From: Alphaproteobacteria bacterium
GTDB lineage: Bacteria; Pseudomonadota; Alphaproteobacteria; RF32; CAG-239
NCBI GenBank assembly: GCA_028706255.1
Contig: JAQWBS010000005.1
Coordinates: 35,673-99,672, forward strand
Direction: 5' to 3'
Length of the DNA stretch: 64,000 nucleotides
Position numbers and translations under genes: made by a program. The notes beneath the pieces are model-generated. The model did not search any database. It was given only the letters and a program-made list of their open reading frames with translations, and was not told the DNA's origin. Positions 35,581 through 45,769 of the stretch are shown here, piece after piece. Positions within the stretch are counted from its first letter, which is position 1. Each line of letters begins with the position of its first letter.

Positions 35581-37455
35581 TTAATCAGCAAGACCAAGGA
35601 GACGATATTTAATTCTCACATCATAGTCTTGAGCATAATCATTCACCAAGTTTCCTTGATATTCTTTCGCCAGATTCATTTTTAAAATAGCTTTGCTTTT
35701 TTCAATGTCTGTGGCTGTTGGTTTGCTAATCTTCAAATTAGATGGTTTAGCAACCGCAATGATTTTGATTTTATCATTATCAATCACACGAGCAGTGTCG
35801 TAATTTTCTTGGAACAACTGCATCATTGCTTGTTGACCAACATTTTCAAAACTATCTGTGCGGGTGAGAGGTTTTGTTTGTTGGAATGTAAGGCTAAATC
35901 TTTTAGCAATGTCTTTAAGATTTTCACCTGTTTCAACATAGTGCAAAACATCATTGGTAATTTCTTGAACAATCGCTGCTCTTTCATTAACTGCCCAAAT
36001 CTTTTCAATTTGTCCTCTAACTAAATTCAAGTCACGAGGATGAGCTTCATTGATGACATCAACTCTTAAAACCACAAGCCCATTATTTGTTTCAATCACT
36101 TGGCTGAGTTCGTTTGTGCTATATAAGAAAGCAGTGTCAACGAAGTCATTATCTTTTAATAAAGACTTATATGCACTGGCAACTTGCTTCGCATTCCCAT
36201 CTTCAGTGAGCGTAGAAATTTTGTAAATTTTAGTGTTCAAAGATTGAGCAATCGCTTCCAAATCATCCCCACTGCCAATTTGGTCTTCGATGGTTCGGCT
36301 TAAATCTTGAGTGATTTCATAAGCTTTTTCATGACGAAGTTCAGCAACAATTTCTTGTTTTGCTTTAGCATAGTCAACTTTAGAAGCAGGAGTCACTTCT
36401 GTTACTTTAACTAAGTGCCAGCCTAAGTCAGATTTGAAGGGTGCACCAACCAAGTTCTTCTTAGCAGCAAAAACATTCGTTGAAACATCTTCAGCAAGCA
36501 TATCAGCAGAAACAGAACCTAAGTTTGTGTCTTCCTTAGATTGCTTTGCAAATTTTTCAGCAGCTGCATAAAATTCCATGCCATTCAAAATTGCCTTTCT
36601 AGCTTCAACCGCTTCAACTTCATCAGTGAAGATGATTTGTAGAACAGTTCTTTTTTCAGGCGTTTCATATTGCTCAATATGTTCTTTATAATAAGCAGAT
36701 ATTTCTTTTTCTGTTGGCTTATAGTTTTTAGACACGTCTTCATTATTGATAAAGATAAAAGAAATGTCACGATTTTCAGGTTCTGTGAACTCTGCTGCGA
36801 AGTCTTGATAATATTGATTAACTTCTTCTTCAGAGATGTTTCTATCAATTTTGACTTTATTCGTGTCAAGTTTAATATATTCAAAAATTTTCTTCTGATT
36901 TTCTGCTTTTGCCATATATCTTGCCATAATTTCAGGAACAGGCATATTTTCAACAGGCGTTTCAACAAGATGTTGCTTCATCACAGCATTTTTGATACGA
37001 GCGAGATAGGTCGCTTCATTCAAGCCAGAAACAGCCAGCAAACGACGCATTTTCATAAGATCAAATTGTCCAAATTCATTTTGAAATTCAGGTTGAGAGA
37101 AAACAATTTTGCGAATAAGCCCATCACTAACATAAACATTATATTTGTCAGCTGTTCTTTCAACAATTAAATCTGTGAGTTCTTTATTCAAAACTTGTTG
37201 AAGGATAATGGCTCTAATACCATCATTATATTTTTCTCCAAGCAAGCCTTTTGCCATAGAGCTTTCTTTTTCCACTTCGGTCATAAAGTCGCCTTGCAAC
37301 ACTTCCAAACCATCAACTTTAATCACTGGTTTGTTTTGCCCAACACTGCTCATATATCCTGAAACACCAAAAAGCGACATAAAGCTCATTGCTGTCAAAA
37401 ATAAAATAAACTTTGTGAACCAAGCATTTTGACTTTTTCTAAAAAATTTCATCAT
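35581..37455 (-). CDS. ppiD: Periplasmic chaperone / peptidyl-prolyl isomerase PpiD-like (SurA-N plus parvulin domain, membrane-anchored)
   Basis: N-terminal TM; 624 aa; parvulin-like segment (…GWHLVKV…); location upstream of tpiA-secG-pyrG. Confidence 0.65.
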   Translation of the reverse strand: MMKFFRKSQNAWFTKFILFLTAMSFMSLFGVSGYMSSVGQNKPVIKVDGLEVLQGDFMTEVEKESSMAKGLLGEKYNDGIRAIILQQVLNKELTDLIVERTADKYNVYVSDGLIRKIVFSQPEFQNEFGQFDLMKMRRLLAVSGLNEATYLARIKNAVMKQHLVETPVENMPVPEIMARYMAKAENQKKIFEYIKLDTNKVKIDRNISEEEVNQYYQDFAAEFTEPENRDISFIFINNEDVSKNYKPTEKEISAYYKEHIEQYETPEKRTVLQIIFTDEVEAVEARKAILNGMEFYAAAEKFAKQSKEDTNLGSVSADMLAEDVSTNVFAAKKNLVGAPFKSDLGWHLVKVTEVTPASKVDYAKAKQEIVAELRHEKAYEITQDLSRTIEDQIGSGDDLEAIAQSLNTKIYKISTLTEDGNAKQVASAYKSLLKDNDFVDTAFLYSTNELSQVIETNNGLVVLRVDVINEAHPRDLNLVRGQIEKIWAVNERAAIVQEITNDVLHYVETGENLKDIAKRFSLTFQQTKPLTRTDSFENVGQQAMMQLFQENYDTARVIDNDKIKIIAVAKPSNLKISKPTATDIEKSKAILKMNLAKEYQGNLVNDYAQDYDVRIKYRLLGLAD

Positions 37456-37635
37456 GATTAATTAATCCTAACTGACATAAATTATAAAACGTTTTATCGG
37501 AGTATAGAAAAAAAGCTCAAGATATGCAATCTGATTAATATTAATGTTGAAAAGTTTTTTTTGACTGGAAAAAAAAATTCGCTGTGATAAAAACAAACAA
37601 AGAGAAAAATGAAAATATGAAAGGGATTAAAGCAT

Positions 37636-38397
37636 ATGGCTAGAAAAAAATTAATTGCTGGAAACTGGAAGATGAACGGGCTTTTGGCAGATGGTGTTGA
37701 GTTGGCAAAAGGGGTTGCTGCTGAAGTTAAAAAGCTTGGCAGAGTTTCAACCGTTGAATTTTTGGTTTGTCCACCTGCAACATTGCTTACTTCTGTTAAG
37801 AAGGCTTTGAAAGGCGCAAGAGTTGCTTTGGGAGCACAAGATTGCCACTTCAACCTTAAAGGAGCTCACACTGGCGATATTAGCCCAGCAATGTTGACAG
37901 ATGTTGGTTGTTCATATGTGATTCTTGGTCACTCTGAAAGAAGAGCAGATCACGGAGAATCTAACGCATTAATTAATAAGAAAGCTGTTTCGGCTCAAGC
38001 TGAAGGCTTGAAAGCAGTGATTTGCATTGGTGAAACAGAAGCACAGAGAGATGCTGGCAAAACACTTGAAGTTTGCAGAGAACAAATTTTGGGTTCTGTT
38101 CCTGAAGGTTCAACAAATAAAAAAACAGTCATTGCTTATGAACCAGTTTGGGCAATTGGCACAGGAAAGACTCCGACAGCTGCCGATGTTCAAGAAGTTC
38201 ACGCTGAAATTCGTAAAGTCTTGTCAAAGAAACTTGGACGTGCGGTTGCCAATAAAATTCAAATTCTTTACGGCGGTTCTGTGAAACCAACAAATGCAAA
38301 AGAATTTTTGTCTTTGCCTGATGTTGATGGGGCATTGATTGGTGGCGCAAGTTTGAAAGTTGAAGATTTTTTGGGCATTGCTACAAAAGTCTTGTAA
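37636..38397 (+). CDS. tpiA: Triose-phosphate isomerase
   Basis: NWKMNG, AYEPVWAIGTGKT and GGSV motifs. Confidence 0.92.
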   Translation: MARKKLIAGNWKMNGLLADGVELAKGVAAEVKKLGRVSTVEFLVCPPATLLTSVKKALKGARVALGAQDCHFNLKGAHTGDISPAMLTDVGCSYVILGHSERRADHGESNALINKKAVSAQAEGLKAVICIGETEAQRDAGKTLEVCREQILGSVPEGSTNKKTVIAYEPVWAIGTGKTPTAADVQEVHAEIRKVLSKKLGRAVANKIQILYGGSVKPTNAKEFLSLPDVDGALIGGASLKVEDFLGIATKVL

Positions 38398-38455
38398 TTT
38401 GTTTCAATTTGATTTAAAAGAACCATAAAGTTTTATTAAAAAGGAAAATAATATT

Positions 38456-38779
38456 ATGGAAACGGTTTTATTGGTTTTACATTTGATGGTTGCTATCTTT
38501 TTGGTTGCTGTCATCTTGTTGCAACAATCTTCTGCCGGTGCATTAGACGGTCTTGGTGGTGGAAACAGTGCCAGTAGCTTCTTGAGTGCACGTGGTAAAG
38601 GTAATCTGTTGACTAGAGTTACAGCTATTTTAGCTGGAACGTTCATTTTGACCAGTATTTTGCTTTCAATTTATTATAAAAATCCTGAACACAAAGCAAA
38701 GTCGATTCTTGATGTTGCCCCTGTTGTCGAGGAATCTGCAGCACCTAGCGTGCCTGTTGTTCCGACCGACGGCGAATAG
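38456..38779 (+). CDS. secG: Preprotein translocase subunit SecG
   Basis: Two TM helices with a Gly-rich loop (LQQSSAGALDGLGGGNS), followed by an intrinsic hairpin at 38803-38829. Confidence 0.85.
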   Translation: METVLLVLHLMVAIFLVAVILLQQSSAGALDGLGGGNSASSFLSARGKGNLLTRVTAILAGTFILTSILLSIYYKNPEHKAKSILDVAPVVEESAAPSVPVVPTDGE

Positions 38780-38851
38780 ATGAAAATAAAAACTAAAAAT
38801 AAGGGCACCTTTTCAAAAGGTGCCCTTGTCACTTTAAAGTAGAGGAAAAAA

Positions 38852-40516
38852 ATGTCTGAAAATACGATAATTGAAACACTTAACCCTAAGAATAAATTTA
38901 TCTTTATCACTGGCGGCGTTGTTTCGTCTTTAGGCAAGGGATTGGCTTCGGCATCTCTAGCTTCTTTATTACAAAGTAAAGGCTATAAAGTTAGGCTTCG
39001 TAAGCTTGACCCATATCTAAACGTTGACCCAGGGACAATGTCACCTTATCAACATGGTGAAGTTTATGTCACAGATGATGGTACCGAAGCAGACTTAGAC
39101 TTAGGTCACTATGAACGCTTTTCGGGCGTGCCTGCAAAAAGAACAGATAGCATCACCACAGGCAAAATTTATCAACGTGTGATTGATAAAGAAAGAAGAG
39201 GCGACTATCTTGGGGCAACGATTCAAGTCATTCCTCATGTGACAAATGAAATTCAGGAATTTATTTATTCAGACTTAAGCGATGAAGATTTTGTCTTGTG
39301 TGAAATTGGTGGAACAGTGGGCGACATTGAAGGTCAGCCATATCTTGAAACAATCCGTCAGGTGGCATATGATTTGGGCAAAGAAAGAGTAATGTTCTTG
39401 CATGTTACGTTGTTGCCATATATCCCAACAGCTGGCGAGCTTAAAACCAAACCGACACAACACTCTGTGAAACATTTGCAGGAATATGGAATTCAACCAG
39501 ATATGCTTTTGTGTCGTTCACAAATGCCAATTCCACAAAATGAAAAAAGAAAAATTGCCCTTTTTTGTAATATCAAAGAAGAGAATGTGATTACGGCGGA
39601 AGATGTAAAAAGCATTTATCAGGTGCCAATTGCTTATTCAATGGAAGGTATGGATAAGCAAGTTTGCAAATATTTTGGCTTGGATTGTGATCAACCAACA
39701 GATTTAAGCAAATGGCAAAATATTATGAAGGTAATTTCTAATCCTGAAGGTGAAGTTCAAATTGCTGTGGTTGGAAAATATGTTCAGCTTTTGGAAGCAT
39801 ATAAATCTTTGAATGAAGCTTTGGTGCATGGCGGAATTGCCAATCATCATAAAGTTAAAATCAAATGGATTGACGCTGAAGATTTGGAAAATGGTAATCC
39901 GAGTGATTATTTATCTGACGTTTCTGCAATCCTTGTCCCAGGGGGGTTTGGTTCTCGTGGAACAGACGGAAAAATGATTGCTATTCGTTATGCTAGAGAA
40001 AATAAATTGCCTTTCTTCGGAATTTGTTTCGGAATGCAATTGGCTGTGATTGAAACCATGAGAAATGTGGTTGGCGTTAAAAATGCTGGCACAACAGAAA
40101 TTCATGAAGGTTGTGAACCTGTGGTTGGTTTGATGACCGAATGGGACAAAGAAGGGGCAAAGCAAGTGCGTCATAAAAACGGCGATTTAGGTGGCACAAT
40201 GCGTTTAGGTGCTTATGAAGCTGTTTTAAAACCAGAGTCTTTGGTGCGTCAAATTTATGGCACGGAAACCATTTCAGAACGTCACCGTCACCGCTATGAA
40301 GTGAATATGAAATATGAAAAAGATTTGAATTCTGCGGGAATGTTTATTGCGGCAACATCACCAGATGGGAAGCTTCCTGAAATTGCTGAAATCAGAAATC
40401 ACCCATGGTTTGTTGGGGTGCAATTCCACCCAGAACTTAAATCTAAACCATTTGCTCCACATCCATTGTTTGTGTCTTTTGTGAAGGCTGCAATTGATAA
40501 AGGAAGATTGCTTTAA
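38852..40516 (+). CDS. pyrG: CTP synthase
   Basis: N-terminal [13 protein letters not shown]; glutamine amidotransferase GICFGMQ / HPE triad. Confidence 0.95.
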   Translation: MSENTIIETLNPKNKFIFITGGVVSSLGKGLASASLASLLQSKGYKVRLRKLDPYLNVDPGTMSPYQHGEVYVTDDGTEADLDLGHYERFSGVPAKRTDSITTGKIYQRVIDKERRGDYLGATIQVIPHVTNEIQEFIYSDLSDEDFVLCEIGGTVGDIEGQPYLETIRQVAYDLGKERVMFLHVTLLPYIPTAGELKTKPTQHSVKHLQEYGIQPDMLLCRSQMPIPQNEKRKIALFCNIKEENVITAEDVKSIYQVPIAYSMEGMDKQVCKYFGLDCDQPTDLSKWQNIMKVISNPEGEVQIAVVGKYVQLLEAYKSLNEALVHGGIANHHKVKIKWIDAEDLENGNPSDYLSDVSAILVPGGFGSRGTDGKMIAIRYARENKLPFFGICFGMQLAVIETMRNVVGVKNAGTTEIHEGCEPVVGLMTEWDKEGAKQVRHKNGDLGGTMRLGAYEAVLKPESLVRQIYGTETISERHRHRYEVNMKYEKDLNSAGMFIAATSPDGKLPEIAEIRNHPWFVGVQFHPELKSKPFAPHPLFVSFVKAAIDKGRLL

Positions 40517-40544
40517 ATTTTTTATAACGTTTATTCTTTTTTAC

Positions 40545-40580
40545 AGGTGCGTAGCTGTGTTTTGGTTACGCACCTTTCTT
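40545..40580 (+). terminator. Terminator after pyrG
   Basis: GGTGCGTA-N14-TACGCACC followed by TTTCTT. Confidence 0.5.
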
Positions 40581-40671
40581 ATAATACTATAGTTAATATT
40601 GTCTTTAATGCCTTTTATTCGGTAGAATGAGTGATTATGTACTTAATAGCTATGATATTTGAGAGAGAAAA

Positions 40672-43188
40672 ATGAGACGCTTTTTATGGACTTTTTTATT
40701 GTCAACAACCATGATTTCAACAGCAAATGCCACTTGCTCAGCACCAGGAGCGAGAGGTAATATTATTTGTACTGCTGATGGAAGTGGAAATATTAACGAA
40801 GTGAATGATTTGGATTTAAATATTACATCAGGATCTTTGATTTATGCGGTTACTTTTTCTCAACCAGTTACAGATATTAATTTTGTAAATAATGGGGATA
40901 TCACGAATGCTTATGGAGGTGGTTTCGTATATGGAACATATGGGGTTGCTTCAAGTGCGAATATCACATTTGTTCAAAATGCAGATATTTATATGTCTGG
41001 AAACTCAAATACTTATGGTTTAAATATTAATGATACTTCCGGATTGGCTGATATAACATGGAATGGAGATATTATTATTGATGATTTTGGAGGAAGTTAT
41101 TCTCATGGAATTGTTAGTATAGCCTCAGAAACAAAATTAAACGTGGGAGATGATGTTAAAATCACCATGAAAACGAATAATGATACGAATAGAGACATGA
41201 AAGGAATTGCCATTATAAGTGATAAAGCAGAGGTGAATATTGGTAAGAATGTTATAATTGATGTTTTTAATCATGGTGATGTTGCTGTTTCTTATACTGC
41301 AAATGAAGGAAGTTTGTTTATTGATAAGGGGTCTCAAATTCTTGGAAGATGGGCTGGTATCACTATAGGTGTATCTGATTCTGTTAATATGGTTAACTAT
41401 GGACTGATTGATTCAAATAATTCTCATGCTTTATATGTTGGGCAAGATTCTGCAGGAAGTTTATCTTTTGCAAATTATGGGACGGTGAATGGTTATATAC
41501 ACTCAAGAGGAACAAACCTGACTTTAAATCATTATGGTACGTGGAATCTAATTGATTTTAGTGGATATAATAATGCTTTGGGTATTAGAGATACACTTTC
41601 CCCTTCTGTCCAAGGATTTGCGGGTGGAAGCATGGAAAATAATGGTGTTATAACGATGGTAAATACAGATTTTTATAATTTATCAGCAACAACAATTTCA
41701 ACATCTAAAGAATATAAAATAAATGGCTCAACCTATACTGCTAATCAATATCTTGTTGATGGAAATTCGGTGCATGATATGAATAATGGTGCAATGCAGG
41801 CTGCTTTTTATAACCTTTCATCCTTTTCTAACAAAGGTGAAATTGATATGACCTATAATTCCTATGCAGGTGATGTGTTAAGAATGAGTTCAGGTTTGCC
41901 CACTGGTTCTGGAGGAGGTGCTTCAGAATATATTTCAAATGGTGGGTTATTGAAGATTGATACAGTTTTAAATGAAGGAGGCGCGAATTCGGTCTCAGAC
42001 GTTTTGGTTGTTGATAATACAGTTCTTGGATCAGGAGGTGCAACTAGTATTTTAGTTAAGAATGCTGGAGGTATGGGAGCTGAGACAACTGGTGAAGGGA
42101 TTAAAGTTGTTGAAGTTTTAGGAACATCTTCTGACGCAGGGTCGTTCAAACTTGGTTCAGTTTTAACCGCAGGGATATATGAATATGCTCTATATCAAGG
42201 AGATTTGTCAGGGATTGATTCTTTAAGTTGGTATTTACGAGCAAACTCAGCTAGCATTTCCCCTAAGATTGGGGGCGTTTTGGCAACTCAATCAGCCATG
42301 AACGACATTTTTATGCATGGTTTATATGACAGATTGGGACGTCCAAGTTTTATAGATAATTGTTCAGAAGTTTATAATAAATATGGAATGTGGGCAAGAA
42401 TTGAAGGGCGTAATGCTTCTGGGTCTGTTGATTCATCAGCAAAGTTTGATAGTGATATTTACTCAACTCAAATTGGTTCAGACATTTACCGTACAGATTT
42501 AGAGAAGGGTAGTGTTCATGTCGGTTTAATGGGGGGATATGGACGTATTAATACAGAAAGCAAATCTAAGACGACAGGAAACAAATCTGAAGGCACAGCA
42601 AATGTTTATGGACTAGGAACTTATGCAACTTATTATAATGGACCATTATATATTGATGGTTGGACCCAATATTCTTGGGCAAGCAATAAAGTTGGTAACA
42701 AAGGAAATGCAAAAGATAAATATGATAGTTCAAACATTACGTTGAGCATTGAAACGGGGTATGGTCTCTTGTTTGCACAAGATAATTACTATCATTATAT
42801 TATTGAACCACAAGCACAATTAGCTTATGTTATGACGGAGATGGATAGTTATACAAGTAAGGTTGACGGACTTCATGTGAGTGGTAAGAATGATGGCTTT
42901 ATAAGTCGTTTAGGCACAAGAATTTATACAAAAGACAAAAAGCTAAGAAGTTATACGTTAGAACCATATGTTGAAGCAAACTGGATTCACAACACGAATC
43001 AAATTGAACAAAAGTTTGATGGAAATAAGTTCAAGATTGCAACACCAAAAAATAAATATGAATTCAAGGCTGGTTTGCAAAGTGCTATCTCACAAAAATT
43101 CCAGATTTGGGGCGATGTCGGATATGCTTTTGGAAAGCATAGCTTTGATGAAAAATCTTTCACGCTTGGGGCTAGATATCTGTGGTAA
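40672..43188 (+). CDS. Classical (type Va) autotransporter with signal peptide, about 550-aa passenger and C-terminal β-barrel translocator
   Basis: Signal peptide MRRFLWTFLLSTTMISTANA; Gly/Asn/Thr-rich β-helix-like passenger; C-terminal alternating amphipathic strands ending …FTLGARYLW. Confidence 0.8.
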   Translation: MRRFLWTFLLSTTMISTANATCSAPGARGNIICTADGSGNINEVNDLDLNITSGSLIYAVTFSQPVTDINFVNNGDITNAYGGGFVYGTYGVASSANITFVQNADIYMSGNSNTYGLNINDTSGLADITWNGDIIIDDFGGSYSHGIVSIASETKLNVGDDVKITMKTNNDTNRDMKGIAIISDKAEVNIGKNVIIDVFNHGDVAVSYTANEGSLFIDKGSQILGRWAGITIGVSDSVNMVNYGLIDSNNSHALYVGQDSAGSLSFANYGTVNGYIHSRGTNLTLNHYGTWNLIDFSGYNNALGIRDTLSPSVQGFAGGSMENNGVITMVNTDFYNLSATTISTSKEYKINGSTYTANQYLVDGNSVHDMNNGAMQAAFYNLSSFSNKGEIDMTYNSYAGDVLRMSSGLPTGSGGGASEYISNGGLLKIDTVLNEGGANSVSDVLVVDNTVLGSGGATSILVKNAGGMGAETTGEGIKVVEVLGTSSDAGSFKLGSVLTAGIYEYALYQGDLSGIDSLSWYLRANSASISPKIGGVLATQSAMNDIFMHGLYDRLGRPSFIDNCSEVYNKYGMWARIEGRNASGSVDSSAKFDSDIYSTQIGSDIYRTDLEKGSVHVGLMGGYGRINTESKSKTTGNKSEGTANVYGLGTYATYYNGPLYIDGWTQYSWASNKVGNKGNAKDKYDSSNITLSIETGYGLLFAQDNYYHYIIEPQAQLAYVMTEMDSYTSKVDGLHVSGKNDGFISRLGTRIYTKDKKLRSYTLEPYVEANWIHNTNQIEQKFDGNKFKIATPKNKYEFKAGLQSAISQKFQIWGDVGYAFGKHSFDEKSFTLGARYLW

Positions 43189-43213
43189 TTTAATAATATT
43201 TAAAAAAAGTGCG

Positions 43214-43250
43214 TAAAAACAATATTTGGTTATTGTTTTTATGCATTTTT
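43214..43250 (+). terminator. Terminator after the autotransporter gene
   Basis: AAAACAATA-TTTGGT-TATTGTTTT followed by a T-rich tract. Confidence 0.45.
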
Positions 43251-43293
43251 ATGTTATACAGCAAAAAAATATTATAAAAAAACAGGAGCTTTT

Positions 43294-44067
43294 ATGAAAA
43301 AGATTATTTTTACGACCCTCTTTTCTTTTTGTTTTATCTCTGGTGCTTCGGCAGTGGATTTGAGCAATGCTTATGGTGAAAAAACAATGGAAGAAAAGTT
43401 GAGAGCCTATCAGAAAATTAACACTCAGCTTCAAGATGAAGATAAAACCCCTGAAAAAGCTAAAATTAAGCTCTATGAAGAAGAGGAAGAAGAACATATC
43501 TTACCTGCAAAATCAGAGAGCGAACCTTTAACCGTTGAACCTTTGACAAGTTCTCCTTCAGATGAAACAACTGAAGAAGGCACAATTTCAAAATATTGGA
43601 ATAAGTTTAAGCACAACACTTCTGAAACTTGGAACAATCCAACTAATTATAATGTGATGATTCCTTTCTATGCTTGGCACAACCGCTTGGCATATGACAA
43701 GAAACATCTTGATAAATATAATGAAGAAGCTTGGGGTTTGGGTTTTGCAATGTCACGCTATGATGAAGATGATGACTGGCACTCGCTTTATGCAATGGTG
43801 TTTAAGGATTCAAATTTCCATCCTGAAACAATGTTCGGCTATGCTTACCAGAGTCGTCACTATTTTGATTGCAACCATAAATGGTTTGCAGGGGCGGGCT
43901 TTACACTTGGCTTGACTCAAAGACATGAATATTCATATATTCCAGTGCCTTTGCCTTTGCCAATGGTCAGCTTTGGACATCGAAATTTCAACATCAATAT
44001 GGCTTATGTGCCAGGGATTACGAATGACGGAAACGTTGCGTTCTTCTTCACCAATGTTGAATTCTAA
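43294..44067 (+). CDS. pagP: PagP-like lipid A palmitoyltransferase with an acidic N-terminal extension
   Basis: Residues about 100-257 align closely by eye with E. coli PagP (…PFYAWHNRLAYDKK…WGLGFAMSRYDEDDDWHSLYAMVFKDS…YIPVPLPLPMVSFG…YVPGITNDGNVAFFF…EF); signal peptide plus about 70 aa of Glu/Ser/Thr-rich linker. Confidence 0.7.
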   Translation: MKKIIFTTLFSFCFISGASAVDLSNAYGEKTMEEKLRAYQKINTQLQDEDKTPEKAKIKLYEEEEEEHILPAKSESEPLTVEPLTSSPSDETTEEGTISKYWNKFKHNTSETWNNPTNYNVMIPFYAWHNRLAYDKKHLDKYNEEAWGLGFAMSRYDEDDDWHSLYAMVFKDSNFHPETMFGYAYQSRHYFDCNHKWFAGAGFTLGLTQRHEYSYIPVPLPLPMVSFGHRNFNINMAYVPGITNDGNVAFFFTNVEF

Positions 44068-44074
44068 TTTGAAA

Positions 44075-44102
44075 TAGGGGCTTGCAAGAGCCTCTTTTTT
44101 TT
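44075..44102 (+). terminator. Terminator after pagP
   Basis: AGGGGCT-TGCAAG-AGCCTCT followed by T9. Confidence 0.55.
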
Positions 44103-44188
44103 GCTCATAACTATTTATATGATTGCGAAATTCAAGAAAAGCTGATATTTTGTCAGCATTCATAACTATATTTATCTGGAGTTTAGAA

Positions 44189-45031
44189 ATGCAACAAAGA
44201 GAAGTCCAATTAGGAAATTTTAAAATCGGTAACAAGCTTCCTCTCGCTGTTTTAGCAGGACCTTGTCAAATTGAATCTCGTCAACATGCCATTGACTTGG
44301 CGGGAAAATTAGTTGAAATCACTAAAGAAGTAGGCATTAATTATGTGTTTAAAGCCTCTTTTGATAAGGCAAACAGAACCTCTATTTCAGGGGCAAGAGG
44401 CGTGGGCATTGAAGAAGGTCTTCGCACTTTTGACGAAATTAAAAAACTTTACGGTTGCCCAATTGTGACGGATATTCACGAAAAAGAACAATGTGCTATT
44501 GTTGCTCAACATGTTGATATGTTGCAAATTCCAGCATTTTTATGCCGTCAAACAGACTTGGTTGTAGCTGCGGCTCAAACAGGCAAAGTGATTAATGTGA
44601 AAAAAGGACAATTTCTTGCACCTTGGGACGTTAAAAACATTGTAAAAAAATGTGAAGACACAGGAAACTTCAATGTTTGTTTAACGGAAAGAGGCACAAG
44701 CTTTGGTTATAACACGCTTGTCAATGATATGACAGCTTTCCCTGTGATGGCAAATGAAACAGGTTGTCCACTTATTTTTGACGCCACACACTCTGTTCAA
44801 AAACCTGGTGGACTTGGCGGTTCAACAGGTGGAAATCGTGAGTTTGTTCCACCTCTCTCTCGTGCTGCTGTGGCGGTTGGGATTGCGGCTGTGTTTATTG
44901 AAACACATGAAAACCCAGAAGTTGCGTTCAGTGACGGTCCAAATAGTGTTTATTTGAAAGATATGAAAAACTTGCTCTCAACGTTGAAGCAATATGACAC
45001 TTTAACAAAAACTTTGGTGAATGAATATTAA
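44189..45031 (+). CDS. kdsA: 3-deoxy-8-phosphooctulonate synthase
   Basis: …LAGPCQIESRQHA… start, DIHE and PAFLCRQTDL motifs; start at ATG 44189. Confidence 0.9.
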   Translation: MQQREVQLGNFKIGNKLPLAVLAGPCQIESRQHAIDLAGKLVEITKEVGINYVFKASFDKANRTSISGARGVGIEEGLRTFDEIKKLYGCPIVTDIHEKEQCAIVAQHVDMLQIPAFLCRQTDLVVAAAQTGKVINVKKGQFLAPWDVKNIVKKCEDTGNFNVCLTERGTSFGYNTLVNDMTAFPVMANETGCPLIFDATHSVQKPGGLGGSTGGNREFVPPLSRAAVAVGIAAVFIETHENPEVAFSDGPNSVYLKDMKNLLSTLKQYDTLTKTLVNEY

Positions 45032-45034
45032 TCA

Positions 45035-45766
45035 ATGAATATTATTGATGAAGGATACATAATTGGGTTACGCAAACACGGGGATAAATCTTTGATTTTA
45101 ACCGTGTTAACCAAACATAACGGAAAACTTATCGGTTATGTTAAGGGAGCTTTGAGTAAAAAAACTTTTTCAACCTTTCAATTGGGAAATTTAGTTCACA
45201 TTCAAGCTTATGCTCGCCTTGATGAAAATATGCTGAGCTTTAGGATTGAGCTGATTGCACCTGTTGCCGTGTCTTTTATGTCTTCTCCACAAAAACTTGA
45301 TGTGCTTTCTTCTTTTTGCACGCTTTGTCACGATTGTTTGCCTGAAAAAGAACCTTTAGAGCGTTTTTTCTACTATATTGATAGTTTTTTTTCTTTCATT
45401 AATGAGGAAAATTGGTTTGTGCATTATGCCTTGTTTGAATATTTCTTGCTTGATTTTTTAGGAATTGGGCTTGATTTGAGCGAATGTTCAGCAACAGGAG
45501 TGACCGAAAATTTAGCATATGTTTCCCCAAAGAGCGGAAAGGCGGTTTGTTTTTCAGCAGGACAGCCATATAAAGATAGATTATATCAATTTCCACATTT
45601 TGTGGTGGAAAACAATTATTTTCCGACAGCGTTTGAAGTGGCAGATTTGTTGGATATGACAGCATTTTTCCTCAATAAAAACTTTTTTAAAGCACATGGC
45701 TTGAAATTCCCAATAAAGCGTGCTAATTTGCGTGAAATTACAATTGAATATAAAGAAGCAGTATAA
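45035..45766 (+). CDS. recO: DNA repair protein RecO
   Basis: N-terminal OB-fold segment (EGYIIGLRKHGDKSLILTVLTKHNGKLIGYVKGA); Cys-containing C-terminal domain; 243 aa. Confidence 0.75.
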   Translation: MNIIDEGYIIGLRKHGDKSLILTVLTKHNGKLIGYVKGALSKKTFSTFQLGNLVHIQAYARLDENMLSFRIELIAPVAVSFMSSPQKLDVLSSFCTLCHDCLPEKEPLERFFYYIDSFFSFINEENWFVHYALFEYFLLDFLGIGLDLSECSATGVTENLAYVSPKSGKAVCFSAGQPYKDRLYQFPHFVVENNYFPTAFEVADLLDMTAFFLNKNFFKAHGLKFPIKRANLREITIEYKEAV

Positions 45767-45769
45767 AAG

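Noticed and set aside
35581-37455. ORFs 36585-36968 (-) and 36670-37170 (+) as separate genes
   Set aside because: They are alternative frames within the PpiD-like gene, which has Lys-rich AT-biased DNA. The 624-aa frame with its TM anchor and parvulin domain is the coherent call.
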